NCBI GenBank assembly: GCA_002269645.1
Contig: NIVC01000104.1
Coordinates: 835,179 to 899,178, forward strand
DNA length: 64,000 bases
Direction: 5' to 3'
From: Macrostomum lignano
Lineage: Eukaryota
Shown: positions 1-19,556 of the stretch, piece by piece
Position numbering within the stretch: the stretch's first letter is position 1
Layout: each line of letters starts with the position of its first letter
Position numbers and translations under genes: made by a program
The notes under the pieces: model-generated
The model's database searches: none
Seen by the model: only the letters and a program-made list of their open reading frames with translations
What the model was told of the DNA's origin: nothing

Positions 1-435
1 AAAGGGTATCTTAGTTGTGGTATCTTAGTTAGGGTATCTTAGTTGTGGTATCTTAGTTAGGGTATCTTAGTTGTGGTATCTTAGTTAGGGTATCTTAGTT
101 GTGGTATCTTAGTTAGGGTATCTTAGTTGTGGTATCTTAGTTAGGGTATCTTAGTTGTGGTATCTTAGTTAGGGTATCTTAGTTGTGGTATCTTAGTTAG
201 GGTATCTTAGTTGTGGTATCTTAGTTAGGGTATCTTAGTTGTGGTATCTTAGTTAGGGTATCTTAGTTGTGGTATCTTAGTTAGGGTATCTTAGTCGTGG
301 TATCTTAGGGTATCTTAGTTGTGGTATCTTAGGGTATCTTAGTCGTGGTATCTTAGTTGGAATGTCTTACTTGTGGTATCTTAGTCGTGGTATCTTAGGA
401 TATCTTAGTCGTGGTATCTTAGTTGGGGTATCTTA
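1..435. repeat. 28-bp minisatellite (GGGTATCTTAGTTGTGGTATCTTAGTTA), truncated by the window start
   Basis: Tandem copies read directly; two related subunits share GGTATCTTAGTT; degenerates towards 435. Confidence 0.95.
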
Positions 436-534
436 GTTGGGTAGCTTAGTTGCTGAATGTATAGAAAACTTTTGTTTGAAAACTTTCGAAAATTTTTGTG
501 ACTATAGTGACCAGTTGGATAGCAAATATGTAAT

Positions 535-812
535 TAGGGTGTCTCAGTTGCAGTTTTGTATGTCACTTTGGGTATCTCAGTTGCAGTTGGGTATGTCACT
601 TTGGGTATCTCAGTTGCAGTTGGGTATGTCACTTTGGGTATCTCAGTTGCAGTTGGGTATGTCACTTTGGGTATCTCAGTTGCAGTTGGGTATGTCACTT
701 TGGGTATCTCAGTTGCAGTTGGGTATGTCACTTTATGTATCTCAGTTGCAGTTGTGTATGTCACTTTATGTATCTCAGTTGCAGTTGGGTATGTCCCTTC
801 GGGTATCTCAGT
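535..812. repeat. 33-bp minisatellite (GGGTATGTCACTTTGGGTATCTCAGTTGCAGTT)
   Basis: About 8 tandem copies; explains the 11-aa periodic ORFs at 437-823, 534-764 and 556-828. Confidence 0.95.
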
Positions 813-955
813 TACGCAGATAAATTAAGGCGTGTTTAATTCAATTCTAAATTAATGTGTTTCTGTATTTTGTCTAGTGGATGCTACTAATAAACTACTG
901 ATTAACTCGTGACCGTGACTGATTCATTAATAAGTTCGATAATCCAGCGTCAAGC

Positions 956-2599
<1,644 letters not shown>

Positions 2600-3084
2600 A
2601 GTGCCGATTTTATTTATATTAATTTAGCTATTTTATATTTTTAGTTGTCTTGGTGAATGTTTTATTTATCATTTTTTCTGATCTGAGCACGTATATTAAC
2701 TTATGTAGGTAAGAGGACGTATTAGTATATGATTAATGAGGTCGTAAGGTAGTTTTTAAAGTCTATTTACTTTTTTGAATAAGCATTTTTAAAAGTCCAT
2801 GTTCTACTATTGCATCTGTACGTTGTCTATTTATCATTGTCTTAGAGTACAAATTATAATAGTTCAACGTGTTTGTTTATTATTTACTCTCAATTAGTAT
2901 TGCAACTGTAAGCACAATCAGTTTTTTGATGGCAAGTCGATCTCTAATTTATAATTTCGTTTTAAGCGCATTGTCTTTGCCATGCTTAGATTTATCCGAT
3001 TAATTGTAACTAGATCTGGTAATCTTAAATGCGTAGATCAGTGATTCTCTAAATTTCTTATAGTTCCTCAAGTGTTTTTTGTGG

Positions 3085-3280
3085 TTTCTAGGGGATTAGC
3101 CATGTGTTTACTCAATTGCCAAGGGGATTCCCCAAAAGTATATTTAGTCGCTAGGGGATTGCCCACAAGTGTACTCAGTCGCCAAGGAAATTCCCCACAA
3201 GTGTACTCAGTCGCCAAGGAAATTCCCCACAAGTGTACTCAGTCGCCAAGGGGATTTCGCACAAGTTTACTCAGTCGCTA
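3085..3280. repeat. ~32-bp minisatellite (GCCAAGGAAATTCCCCACAAGTGTACTCAGTC)
   Basis: About 5-6 degenerate tandem copies. Confidence 0.85.
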
Positions 3281-4479
3281 GCGGTTTACTAAGATTGCGT
3301 TATGAAATCCAGATTGTTAATGTCATCCTTTCAGTAAAATATTGTAAAATGGCTTCCGGTTCTTTACCTGTTATCTATACCTGTAGTTTTAAGATGTACA
3401 CAACATATGCCTATTTATATTGGGTTATTAGTCAGACAACTTGTTGCCATTTTTTGTTGACTTGTTAGCTTTCTTCATTCACATGTTTAACTGTTATTAT
3501 TTATGCTTTTGCTCGTTACTACTGTAGTGAAGATAGACATTTGCAGTGTTAGAAATATTTACAAGAGTTAAACACCATTAAGGCTGTTATTTGTTTTATT
3601 TATAATTCACTGCATTTTGTCATTAAAGAAAGTCTTTTGAATTTAATAGCTTTAGTTAATTATATGCACAAATTTGGAATATATTTATTTTGAGTGTGTT
3701 TATTAGTGTCTCAAGTATATATACTTTTTTTCTGTTGGTAATTCCGTGCTTCGACTATAGTGATTTGACAAAACAATTAACAAGGACTACAGCTTTACTA
3801 TTGCTTCGTACTCAATGTGTGTCAGTTTTGTGTGTTGCGCATTTTTAGCAGTGCTTCGACAATAAAATTAAATAAGAAAAAAAATTAAACTTTTTCTCGG
3901 TATACATTACATGTATTATCATGATTGATAGTGCTGTTAATTTATTTTCAAATTAATTTCTTGCTTGGGTAGTCAATCAACAGTAGTATATAGTGAGTAT
4001 ATATATGTCGCTCTTTCAATAGACAACATAGCAAGCTTGGCTGTTCAATGCTAGGCTTGATTTGTCTCTTAGTCAAATTCTCGGTCAGAAATCTGCGTGT
4101 TGTCTATGGCCCAACCTTTTTTACTATAGGCTTGGAACCTTAGGTGTCAGTTTTCTAACTTCGCATGTTTATTTCTCTCTCGTAACTTTGTTTTTATATT
4201 AGGTAGGCTTAGCCTTAGCCCTAGGAAGTGTGCACTGGGTATATGATGGTAGATTGATTATATTCAGTGGCTGCACACTGCAAAAACTATTGTTGGCTAA
4301 ACTAAATTATTAATCAGCACTTTCTTCATTTTCTCTAGCCGCACCAGTTTCATTCAGTTGACGCGTGGCTTTATATAGATGTGTGTAAACAGTGTATCCA
4401 CGTAGTATGAAAAGTGGAGCTATTTTGAAAGCATTATAAAAATTATTTTCAAACTAAGTACCAACGTATCTGGGAGATT

Positions 4480-4975
4480 AGATTTAAAAACGTGAGTGAG
4501 ATTAGATTTAAGAAACATGGGGTGAGATTAGATTGAGAAACGTGGGTGAGATTAGATTGATAAACGTATGAGTGAGATTATAATCAGAAAACTTTAGATG
4601 AGATTAGATTAAGAAACGTGTGGACGAAATTAAATTGAAAAACATGGTGTGAGATTAGATTGATAAACTTATAGGTGAGATTAGATTGAGAAACGTGTTG
4701 GCGAGATTAGATTGATAAACTTATGGGTGAGATTAGATTGCGAAACATGTGCGTGAGATTAGATTGAGAAACATGTGGGTGAAGTTAGATTAAGAAACAT
4801 GTGAGTGAGATTAGATTGAGAAACATGTGGGTGAAGTTAGATTGAGAAACATGTGGGTGAGATTAGATTGAGAAACATGTGGGTGAAATTAGATTGAGAA
4901 ACATATACGAGTGAAATTAGATTGAGAACATGTGGGTGAGATTAGATTAAGAAAAGCGGAAGATTAGATTAGATT
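4480..4975. repeat. ~26-bp minisatellite (GAGATTAGATTGAGAAACATGTGGGT)
   Basis: Degenerate tandem copies. Confidence 0.9.
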
Positions 4976-5267
4976 TTATAATACACAAAGGGTTGGTATA
5001 TAGAAAAGGGGATGGTAATATCTGTTGACTCAATTTTGTTAAAATCCAAATGTCGGCACCCAATCATAAACTGACCTATGTGAACAGCCAATGCAATCAA
5101 ACCCTTTAATTTGAGAATTTACTCGTCGTTATAAGCTTAGGTGGAAGTTTGTATCTATTCCAGAAGCTTGAGAATACCCTGTTAGCCTTTTAAATATTAC
5201 ATGCAAAATGTGCAGCATTTGCCATCTATGCCCCTATTGCACTGCAGGCCTCCGTGATAGTCTAGTT

Positions 5268-8200
5268 ATGCGAGTGTCTGCTAAGCTTGCGGCTGGCCTG
5301 GCCGCCCACTCTGGCGATGTCAACGGAGTCGCTTTTAGTAATCGGTATTTAGCCACCTGTTCCGGTGACAAAACTGTGCGGTAAGTGCGCCAATGTGATT
5401 GACAGCTGTGCTTTCTGACAGGCTGTTTGTGACAGCTGTGTGCTCTGACAGGCTGTTTGTGACAGCTAGTGTGTGTTCTGACAGGCTGTTTGTGACAGCT
5501 AGTGTGTGTTCTGACAGGCTGTTTGTGACAGCTAGTATGTGTTCTGACAGGCTGTTTGTGACAGCTAGTGTGTGTTCTGACAGGCTGTTTGTGACAGCTA
5601 GTATGTGTTCTGACAGGCTGTTTGTGACAGCTAGTGTGTGTTCTGACAGGCTGTTTGTGACAGCTAGTGTGTGTTCTGACAGGCTGTTTGTGACAGCTAG
5701 TGTGTGTTCTGACAGGCTGTTTGTGACAGCTAGTATGTGTTCTGACAGGCTGTTTGTGACAGCTAGTGTGTGTTCTGACAGGCTGTTTGTGACAGCTAGT
5801 ATGTGTTCTGACAGGCTGTTTGTGACAGCTAGTATGTGTTCCGACAGGCTGTTTGTGACAGCTAGTATGTGTTCCGACAGGCTGTTTGTGACAGCTAGTG
5901 TGTTCCGACAGGCTGTTTGTGACAGCTAGTATGTGTTCTGACAGGCTGTTTGTGACAGCTAGTATGTGTTCTGACAGGCTGTTTGTGACAGCTAGTGTTT
6001 GTTCTGACAGGCTGTTTGTGACAGCTAGTATGTGTTCCGACAGGCTGTTTGTGACAGCTAGTGTGTTCCGACAGGCTGTTTGTGACAGCTAGTATGTGTT
6101 CTGACAGGCTGTTTGTGACAGCTAGTATGTGTTCTGACAGGCTGTTTGTGACAGCTAGTGTTTGTTCTGACAGGCTGTTTGTGACAGCTAGTATGTGTTC
6201 CGACAGGCTGTTTGTGACAGCTAGTGTGTTCCGACAGGCTGTTTGTGACAGCTAGTGTGTGTTCTGACAGGCTGTTTGTGACAGCTAGTGTGCGTTCTGA
6301 CAGGCTGTTTGTGACAGCTAGTGTGTGTTCTGACAGGCTGTTTGTGACAGCTAGTGTGCGTTCTGACAGCCTGTTTGTGACAGCTAGTATGTGTTCTGAC
6401 AGGCTGTTTGTGACAGCTGTGTGTGTTCTGACAGGCTGTTTTTGACAGCTAGTGTGCGTTCTGACAGCCTGTTTGTGACAGCTAGTATGTGTTCCGACAG
6501 CCTGCTTGTGACAACTAGTGTGTGTTTCGACAGCTTGTTCCTAACAGCGTGTGTGTATTCTAAATCTAATAGCACGATCTTGATAGCCTGAATCAGTAAT
6601 AGCTAGTGCTTTTATTTCCTTCTAGCGTATACTGCAGTGCATGTTAACATTTATAATACGCGATCCTAAGTCCCGCTTTCTATTTTTCGCCCTCAAGACT
6701 GTGGGAGGCCGGCACCATGCGAGAAGCCGCCTGCTCTCCGCTGCTTGGCCACACCTACTATGTCAATTGCGTGGCCTTCTCGCCGTTCAGCACCATTCTG
6801 GTCAGCTGTTCCACCGATGGAAATATCATCTTTTGGGAGCCCGATACGGGTGAGCTGAGTAGTAGATTGAGCAGGGACTTAACTTGGGTGAATATGGAGA
6901 AGAGAGGATTGCCAGAGAATTAGAGAAGATAACGAGAAAGTAGAGAATAGTGAGAGAAGTAAAGGGGATAGTGAGAGAAGTAGAGGGGATAGTGAGAGAA
7001 GTAGAGAGGATAGTGAGATAAGTAGAGGGGATAGTGAGAGAAGTAGAGGGGATAGTGAGGGAAGTAGAGAGGATAGTGAGAGAAGTCGATAGGATAGTGA
7101 GAGAAGTAGAGGGAATAGTAAGAGAAGTAGAGAGGATAGTGAGAGAAGTAGATAGGATAGTGAGAGAAGTAGAGAGGATAGTGAGAAAAGTAGAGGATAG
7201 TGAGAGAAGTAGAGAGAATAGTAAGAGAAGTAGAGAGGATAGCGAGAGAAGTAGATAGGATAGTGAGAGAAGTAGAGAGGATAGTGAGAAAAGTAGAGGA
7301 TAGTGAGAGAAGTAGAGGGAATAGTAAGAGAAGTAGAGAGGATAGCGAGAGAAGTAGATAGGATAGTGAGAGAAGTAGAGAGGATAGTGAGAAAAGTAGA
7401 GGATAGTGAGAGAAGTAGAGAGAATAGTAAGAGAAGTAGAGAGTACAGTGAGAGAGAAGTAGAGGGGATAGTGAGAGAAGTAGAGAGAATAGTGAGAGAA
7501 GTAGAGAGAATAGTGAGAGAAGTAGAGAGAATAGTGAGAGAAGTAGAGAGAATAGTGAGAGAAGTAGAGAGAATAGTGAGAGAAGTAGAGAAGATATCAA
7601 GAGACAAAAAAGAGCAGCAAAAACAAATTACTCCATCCCCGTTAGGCCAGAAGCTGGGCCTATTCACCCATCCCAGCAAGTGCGGCATCCGGTCCGGCGT
7701 GTTCTCGCTCAATTCCCAACTATTCGCCAGCGGCAGCGAAGACGGCAGCATCTGCCTATGGGACGTGTCCAGCAGGTCAATGCTCAGACAGTTCTCTGGC
7801 GGGCACGAAGGCTCCGTGTTAGGCCTGGCGTTCACTCCGGATGCTCTCTATCTGGTTAGCGGATCAACTAGCGGCGACCTGCGAGTGTGGGACAGCAAGT
7901 ACGGCCACGCCAAGTCTCTGCACCTGCAGTTGGATGGGCACGACTTGGGAGTCGGCTGTCTGGATGTGTCTCCGTGTATTGGTGCGTTGGGATGGGCTGG
8001 GGCGGAACTGGGTGTTTACAGGGGCGGGACTGGGTGTTTACTGGATCCGGACTGGTTGTTTACTGGATCCGGACTGGTTGTTTACTGGATCCGGACTGGG
8101 TGTTTACTGGGGTGGGACTGGGTGTTTACTGGGGCGGGACTGGGTGTTTACTGGATCCGGACTGGGTGTTTACTGGATCCGGACTGGGTGTTTACTGGGG

Positions 8201-9946
8201 CGGGACTGGGTGTTTACTGGATCCGGACTGGTTGTTTACTGGATCCGGACTGGGTGTTTACTGGGGTGGGACTGGGTGTTTACTGGGGTGGGACTGGGTG
8301 TTTACTGGGGTGGGACTGGGTGTTTACTGGGGTGGGACTGGGTGTTTACTGGGGTGGGACTGGGTGTTTACTGGATCCGGACTGGGTGTTTACTGGATCC
8401 GGACTGGGTGTTTACTGGGGCGGGACTGGGTGTTTACTGGATCCGGACTGGTTGTTTACTGGGGCGGGACTGGGTGTTTACTGGATCCGGACTGGGTGTT
8501 TACTGGGGCGGGACTGGGTGTTTACTGGATCTGGACTGGGTGTTTACTGGATCCGGACTGGGTGTTTACTGGGGCGGGACTGGGTGTTTTCTGGATCCGG
8601 ACTGGTTGTTTACTGGGGCGGGACTGGGTGTTTACTGGATCCGGACTGGGTGTTTACTGGATCCGGACTGGGTGTTTACTGGATCCGGACTGGGTGTTTA
8701 CTGGATCCGGACTGGGTGTTTACTGGGGCGGGACTGAGTGTTTACTGGATCCGGACTGGGTGTTTACTGGGGCGGGACTGGGTGTTTACTGGGGCGGGAA
8801 TGGGTGTTTACTGGATCCGGACTGGGTGTTTACTGGGGCGGCATTGGGTGTTTATTGAGTCGGGAATGGGTGTTTATTGGGGAGGGAATGGGTGTTTATG
8901 GGACTGGGCCAGGGTGTGTACTAGAGCGAAAGTCAGTGTGAAGGTCACTATTATTTGCTTAGATATCTACTGTGGAATCATCATTCGGTCCCCGTCTGTT
9001 GCCTGGTTTGCTTTTTGCTAATTTTCCTTGTTTAACTGCACAAAGAATCTTTGATGCGGCCTTTGAAACACAGAAATAGTTTTGCTAATTAATGGCAAGT
9101 AAAATTCGGATTAGTAGATTTACAATCATACATGCGCAACCTCCGAAATTCGGTCGGCCATGCGACTTAGTTTTAACAAAAATGCGACGTAGTTTTTGGC
9201 CAAAAATGCGACTTAGATGTAAAAAAACCCTAAAGCTAAATTAACGCAACTTTGGGTAAACGGCAGGAGTAACTATGACTGTCTTATTAACTCAAAATGC
9301 CTCGTCAGCTACTTAGTACTACTACTTCGTTATTTTTTTCGGGTGGCCGTTTTTGCGACTTCCTTGGTTGGCCGCCAAATCGGTCGGCCGGATCGGCCGA
9401 CTCGGCCGACTGTTGCGCATGTATGTTTACAATGCATCGGATTCAGATTGAATCGCCCCCCATCCCCTGTAATTGCAGATCCCATCGAGAATGGACGCGT
9501 GTTAAAAAATCGATACACGGTGGCTACCGGCGGCTTCGACAATCTGGTGAAACTGTGGCACCTGGTTGCTACCGGCGAGGATTTGAGTGAGGACGAGTTT
9601 TTTTAATTTTAACACCTCGGTTTATTGATTTGTTGTGTGTGTGTTTTAATAATCATATGCAATCGTTTCATAATTTTCTCTGCTATCCATTTGCCAGGAT
9701 TTGCAGGTATATGGTTTCATTTAAAAAATTATTATTTACTTGCCTGTCTCTCCTGCTAGCTATGCTGTTTCTAGTGCTTGATTTTCTCGTAGTTTTTCCT
9801 GTTGTTTTTCGCTTTACTCCTTGAATATCTTAGTTAGAATTCTGGTGTCGTACTGTATTTTTGTAATAAGCCATCACTCAAAATGCACTGTTGCACTGCT
9901 ATGGTGGTCTGGTTTCGACAGACCGCTAGACAGACAGACAGACAGC

Positions 9947-9994
<48 letters not shown>

Positions 9995-10036
9995 ACAGAC
10001 AGACAGACAGGCAGACAGGCAGACAGACAGACAGGC

Positions 10037-10097
<61 letters not shown>

Positions 10098-12683
10098 GTA
10101 GTCTTTGATATCCTACTCAACTATTTCTGTCAGCTCTATCTGTCTGAGCCAATGCATGGAAATAATTTAATTGCTTAGTGAATTTCTGCAGTTTCGTATC
10201 GTATTTCAATAGTGCAGTGTCAATTCTTCAACGCCCTAAGTATACTCATTATTAATCAAAATAATATTTTTATTGCCCAATACAGACGTCACGCTAACTC
10301 TGGCATCAGTTCTCAAGGGTCACAGCGGTGCCGTGAATTCGATAAAGTTTTCGCCAAATGGAAAATTATTAATTTCTGGGTGCGTTTTATATAACTAACT
10401 AAACCTGAGTATTAATTGCCGTAATTGGGTTTCGTAAAGAATTTATTTACAAAATCAGTTTCGTTCTGTTTCAGTTCCGGCGATCACACTGTTCGAGTTT
10501 GGAAGCCTGTGAGCACAACCATAAAACCATATTTTATGGCTTGTTAATTATTTAAATGTATGTGCAAATCTTTATTAAATTTGAATTTGAATTGCTTAAT
10601 TCCAGGATAAACTTTCCCTTCTGCATATGATCGATGCTCACTCAAGGTGAGTATTTTAAATTTGCCATTTAATTCAAAATGTACTTTTAGTACATTTTAG
10701 TAGTTTACCATTTTTAGTATTTAGTAGCTTACTTATAGTAGTCAGTAGGAGCATGGTTCTTTTAACTTCATTATTTTAGATACGTGACCAGCTGTTGCTG
10801 GTCTAACGACGGCCTGTCCATAGCCAGCGGCTCAAACGATCGTCAAGTTCGCGTGTGGGAGCTGGATATAGATGAGGAGACACCCGACTCTGGTGGGTTA
10901 TTGTTAATTTATGCAATTATTTAATTACAAATTCTAGAGAGCCTCTTGTAATTTTTTTATTTTCGTATCATACGCTGAGTCTTTTACTGTGATGGCTATG
11001 CCCTTGAATTATGATGAAAATCTGCAGTCTTTGTCTACTCGTAGGGAACCTCAAGAGTTTTTTATCTCACTTAGTATATCTCAGTCATTATTCCCTCGGG
11101 GCTTTTCCTACAAAGCCTGTAAAATTTGTGTGCCAAATATTCACAAAAGTTCGTAGAAAGCCTCCCGAAATATTGTCAATAGTACCGACTTATTCATATG
11201 GGTTCTTCGAGACTCTCCGAGATATTATTAACCAATTATTCACGCGAGTTCGTGGAGAGCCTCCGAGATATTATTACCTAATTATTTACGTGGGTTCGTA
11301 GAGAGCCTCCAAGATTTTATTACCCAGTTATTCACGCGAGTTCGTAGAGCCTCCGATATTTTATTACCCAATTATTCACGCGGGTCCGTAGTGAGCCTCT
11401 GAGATTTTATTACCGAATTATTCACGCGGGTTCGTAGTGAGCCTCTGAGATATTATTACCCAATTATTCACGCGGGTTCGTAGAGAGCCTCTGAGATATT
11501 ATTACCCAATTATTCACACAGACTCGTAGCGAGCCTCCAGTGTCAATCTGGGACTTAAACCTCTTTCGAACACATTCTCAGAGGTGCCCCTGCCAGATTT
11601 GGCAAGCGAAGCTGCCGAAGCTCCAGTTGGCGCGCCCAGCTGGTCTCCATTGCCAGCCTGGACTGTGGATCACGTCGCTAGACTGTTCTCTCGATTAGGC
11701 CTTGGCCAGTACAGTAGAGCAGTCTACGAACAGGCTGTCGATGGCCGAGTATTGATGTCGCTATCTGACGCGCAATTGCGCACCGAGCTGGGCATGGGTG
11801 AGTGTGTTTGTCTATATTTTCTACTTACGCTACTTAGTAGTAGTCTGGCGATCATTTTTCTACTAAAATACAAAACCATAGTGTTTAAAATGACTCTTGT
11901 TAAATTTTTCAGCCGTACTAGGGCACAGACAGAAGCTGCTGGATGCTATCGAGGCCATGAAAAATAATCGGACTGTGGCGGACAAGGACGCCGGTTCGTG
12001 TTTTTAGGGGTTTTCAATTTAGGAACTTGTTTGTCTGCCAACATTAGAATGTTATATATCATTATCCCACTTTATAAGCATTACTTTTTGTGATTACCCC
12101 TTCGGCCCTTCTAACTTTATGATTGATCCCATTTATGATTTTTCCCTTTATGATTTATCCCATTTATGATACTCCCCTATATGATTCATCCCATTTATGG
12201 TTCTTCCCTTTATGATTTATCCCATTTATGATACTCCCCTTTATGATTTATCCCATTTATGATACTCCCCTATATGATTTATCCCATTAATGATTCTCCC
12301 CTTTACGATTTATCCCATTTGATTATCCCCATTCATGGTTTATCCTAACGTATTTATGATAATTGCCTTTATAATCCCCCGTGATTCTGCACGCTTTGCG
12401 AAAAGCTGCTCCTTTTATATTCCCGTAACCGATTGCTCCTCCCCCCCAACCCGCAGGCATCCCGGACGAGTATCTGTGCCCCATCACTCGCGAGCTGATG
12501 CGCGACCCGGTCATAGCGGCAGACGGCTACACCTACGAGCGCGGCGCCATCGAGTCCTGGCTGGAACGCGGCCGAACAACCAGCCCGATGACTAACGAAC
12601 TGATGAAGCCACAGCTAATTAGCAATCGCAGCCTCCGCGTACTTATCCAGCGCTACATCGAGGATCACTCTGCTCCGACTTGA
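5268..12683 (+). CDS. WDSUB1: WD40 repeat, SAM and U-box domain protein; 11 exons (5268-5380, 6698-6849, 7646-7981, 9479-9586, 10286-10379, 10475-10508, 10606-10646, 10780-10892, 11582-11797, 11913-11993, 12457-12683), 504 aa
   Basis: WD40 motifs ([24 protein letters not shown]; [13 protein letters not shown]; [13 protein letters not shown]), SAM ([18 protein letters not shown]...LGHRQKLL), U-box ([28 protein letters not shown]). All introns are GT-AG with consistent phases; CDS total 1515 nt. The exon 4 donor (9587) is the least certain. Confidence 0.93.
5399..6545. repeat. 33-bp minisatellite in WDSUB1 intron 1 (GACAGCTAGTGTGTGTTCTGACAGGCTGTTTGT)
   Basis: About 34 tandem copies starting about 18 bp after the donor. 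Confidence 0.97.
6910..7595. repeat. 21-bp purine-rich minisatellite in WDSUB1 intron 2 (GAGAAGTAGAGAGGATAGTGA)
   Basis: Direct reading; produces the IVREVER ORFs. Confidence 0.95.
7995..8900. repeat. 22-bp minisatellite in WDSUB1 intron 3 (GGACTGGGTGTTTACTGGATCC / ...GGGGCG variants)
   Basis: About 40 tandem copies. Confidence 0.95.
9127..9425. mobile_element. hAT-like MITE copy 1 (299 bp) carrying a 28S rDNA fragment
   Basis: TIRs CATACATGCGCAAC / GTTGCGCATGTATG; perfect 8-bp TSD TTTACAAT (9119-9126, 9426-9433); subterminal TGCGAC(T/G)T repeats. An 8-bp TSD with short TIRs is typical of hAT elements. Confidence 0.88.
9254..9317 (+). other. 28S (LSU) rRNA-derived fragment, helix 69-71 region
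   Basis: 53/64 ungapped identity (hand count) to the recalled eukaryotic consensus GGGTAAACGGCGGGAGTAACTATGACTCTCTTAAGGTAGCCAAATGCCTCGTCATCTAATTAGT. Confidence 0.9.
9925..10098. repeat. (GACA)n microsatellite in WDSUB1 intron 4
   Basis: Direct reading. Confidence 0.97.
11200..11540. repeat. ~45-bp minisatellite in WDSUB1 intron 8 (GAGCCTCTGAGATATTATTACCCAATTATTCACGCGGGTTCGTAG..)
   Basis: About 7 copies. Confidence 0.9.
12110..12350. repeat. ~31-bp minisatellite in WDSUB1 intron 10 (TTTATCCCATTTATGATACTCCCCT..)
   Basis: About 7 degenerate copies. Confidence 0.88.
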
Positions 12684-13929
12684 TTAGTTAACAGATTTTT
12701 TATAAACACTCGAATATTGCTACTTTTCACTGCCATTCGATAGTAGTGCAATCAGTAAGTTTCTCGTGACTTCTGATAACATTTTATTATATCAATATTA
12801 CATACATACTACTCTTACAGCCTGTCTGTTGTAATTCTTTTCAAAAAGATAATCTCTCTGTGATTTATATATTCTTGTATGTACAAAATGCTTTTGTAAT
12901 TTTTTATATATTGAAGCTAATTTTCTTTTATCATACGTGAATTATAATTACTAATCGCTTACTCAATGTCGTGTTGTAAATCCAACTATGTGTTGTGTTA
13001 CTATTGATAATTGATTTGCTTATTAATATCATTCATTTTTTGTTTATCAAATATTCTGACCAAAAGATTGACTGCCTTAACTAAAATTCCTTGGTACACA
13101 GAGTCCTCATCGATATCTGTTAAATATTCAGACTGTGTGGGTATAACAGATTGATATCAATCCCACCATTGCTTTTTTACCTGCAACCTCATTGCCTTTC
13201 TCTTTTTTCAAATAAAAAGCATTCAACTCTAAGACAGACAGTAGTTATTGATTGAGAACTTTTAATTTATATATTTAATTGACATGATTTCTATAATCAA
13301 TCAATAAATGGAGACTTCCGATGGTTTATTAACTGAACGCCTAAGCTACAAAATAAAATGACATCATACATGTACTTTAGGAATACTACTAAACTAATAA
13401 AGCTACTATAATGCGTGATTAAATGTATTCATAAATTCAAGGTCACCAGGGAATGAAGCGCTCATTTCACTTTCAACACAACCTTGCACTGCGATTTTAC
13501 AGGAAGTCACGGGATGTGATATAGCTGGATATGAACTGAATTACATTGAAATAGCCTCTGTTCTGTTAACAACTGAATTCGTTAATTCTCGATAATTAAC
13601 ATAAAACGCCTTCATATGCACAAACATTTGTTTATAACCAAGAAAAATACTTTTTGTTTATTTATCAATAATTTTCAAAAAGATGACGAACTATTATTTA
13701 AACTAACAATGGTATAGAAAATAGATGATCCAGAACTGAACTTGGGCGTCATAGTGACCATTGCGACGAATTTAACAAAAAGGTCACGGTAGGTTAGTGT
13801 ATAGGTTAGAAATCCTTGCATTTCGGGATAAGAGAGACCTGAAATATGCCTAGGCCCTAATTGTATAATTTAGAAACTAAACTATGCCTAGTTATCTAAT
13901 GTGAAACCTAAATTATACGTAATTGTGAA

Positions 13930-14205
13930 TTTTAAGACTTGAGCTACGTCTAACTGTCTAATTTCAGAATCAAGCTGCGCCTAATCGTCTAATTAAGACT
14001 TGAGCTACGCCTAATTGCCCAATTTAGGAATCAAGCTACGCCTAATTGTTTAATTTAAGAATCAAGCTACGCCTAATTTAAGACTTGAGCTACGCTTAAT
14101 TGTCTAATTCAAGAATTAAGCTACGCCTAATTGTCTAAATAAGACTTGAGCTACGCCTAATCGTCTAATTTTAAATCTCTACTATGCGTAATTGCCTAAT
14201 TCAAG
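13930..14205. repeat. ~30-35-bp minisatellite (TAAGACTTGAGCTACGCCTAATTGTCTAATT)
   Basis: Degenerate tandem copies just 3' of TALDO1. Confidence 0.85.
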
Positions 14206-14327
14206 ACCCAAAATTTACTTGCATGCTTCATGTCTCTAAAAGGCTCCTTTTAAAAGCAAACATTTTCTTTCTATTCTCGGGTCTTAGGGGTCACTTCAGG
14301 TCACAATCCCAATCAATGCAAGACTCT

Positions 14328-19556
<5,229 letters not shown>

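Noticed and set aside
7303-9021. 572-aa ORF with a WD40 segment flanked by repeats
   Set aside because: Only 7646-7981 is exon; the rest is read-through into two intronic minisatellites.
9254-9317. Possible rRNA gene (also 23674-23737)
   Set aside because: Only 64 bp match, the helix-69 stem is broken and the segment lies inside a MITE; recorded as a captured fragment.
9575-9590. GC-AG donor (ACCG|GCGAG) for WDSUB1 exon 4
   Set aside because: A canonical GT donor in the same phase lies 13 nt downstream (9587); no reason to invoke the non-canonical site.
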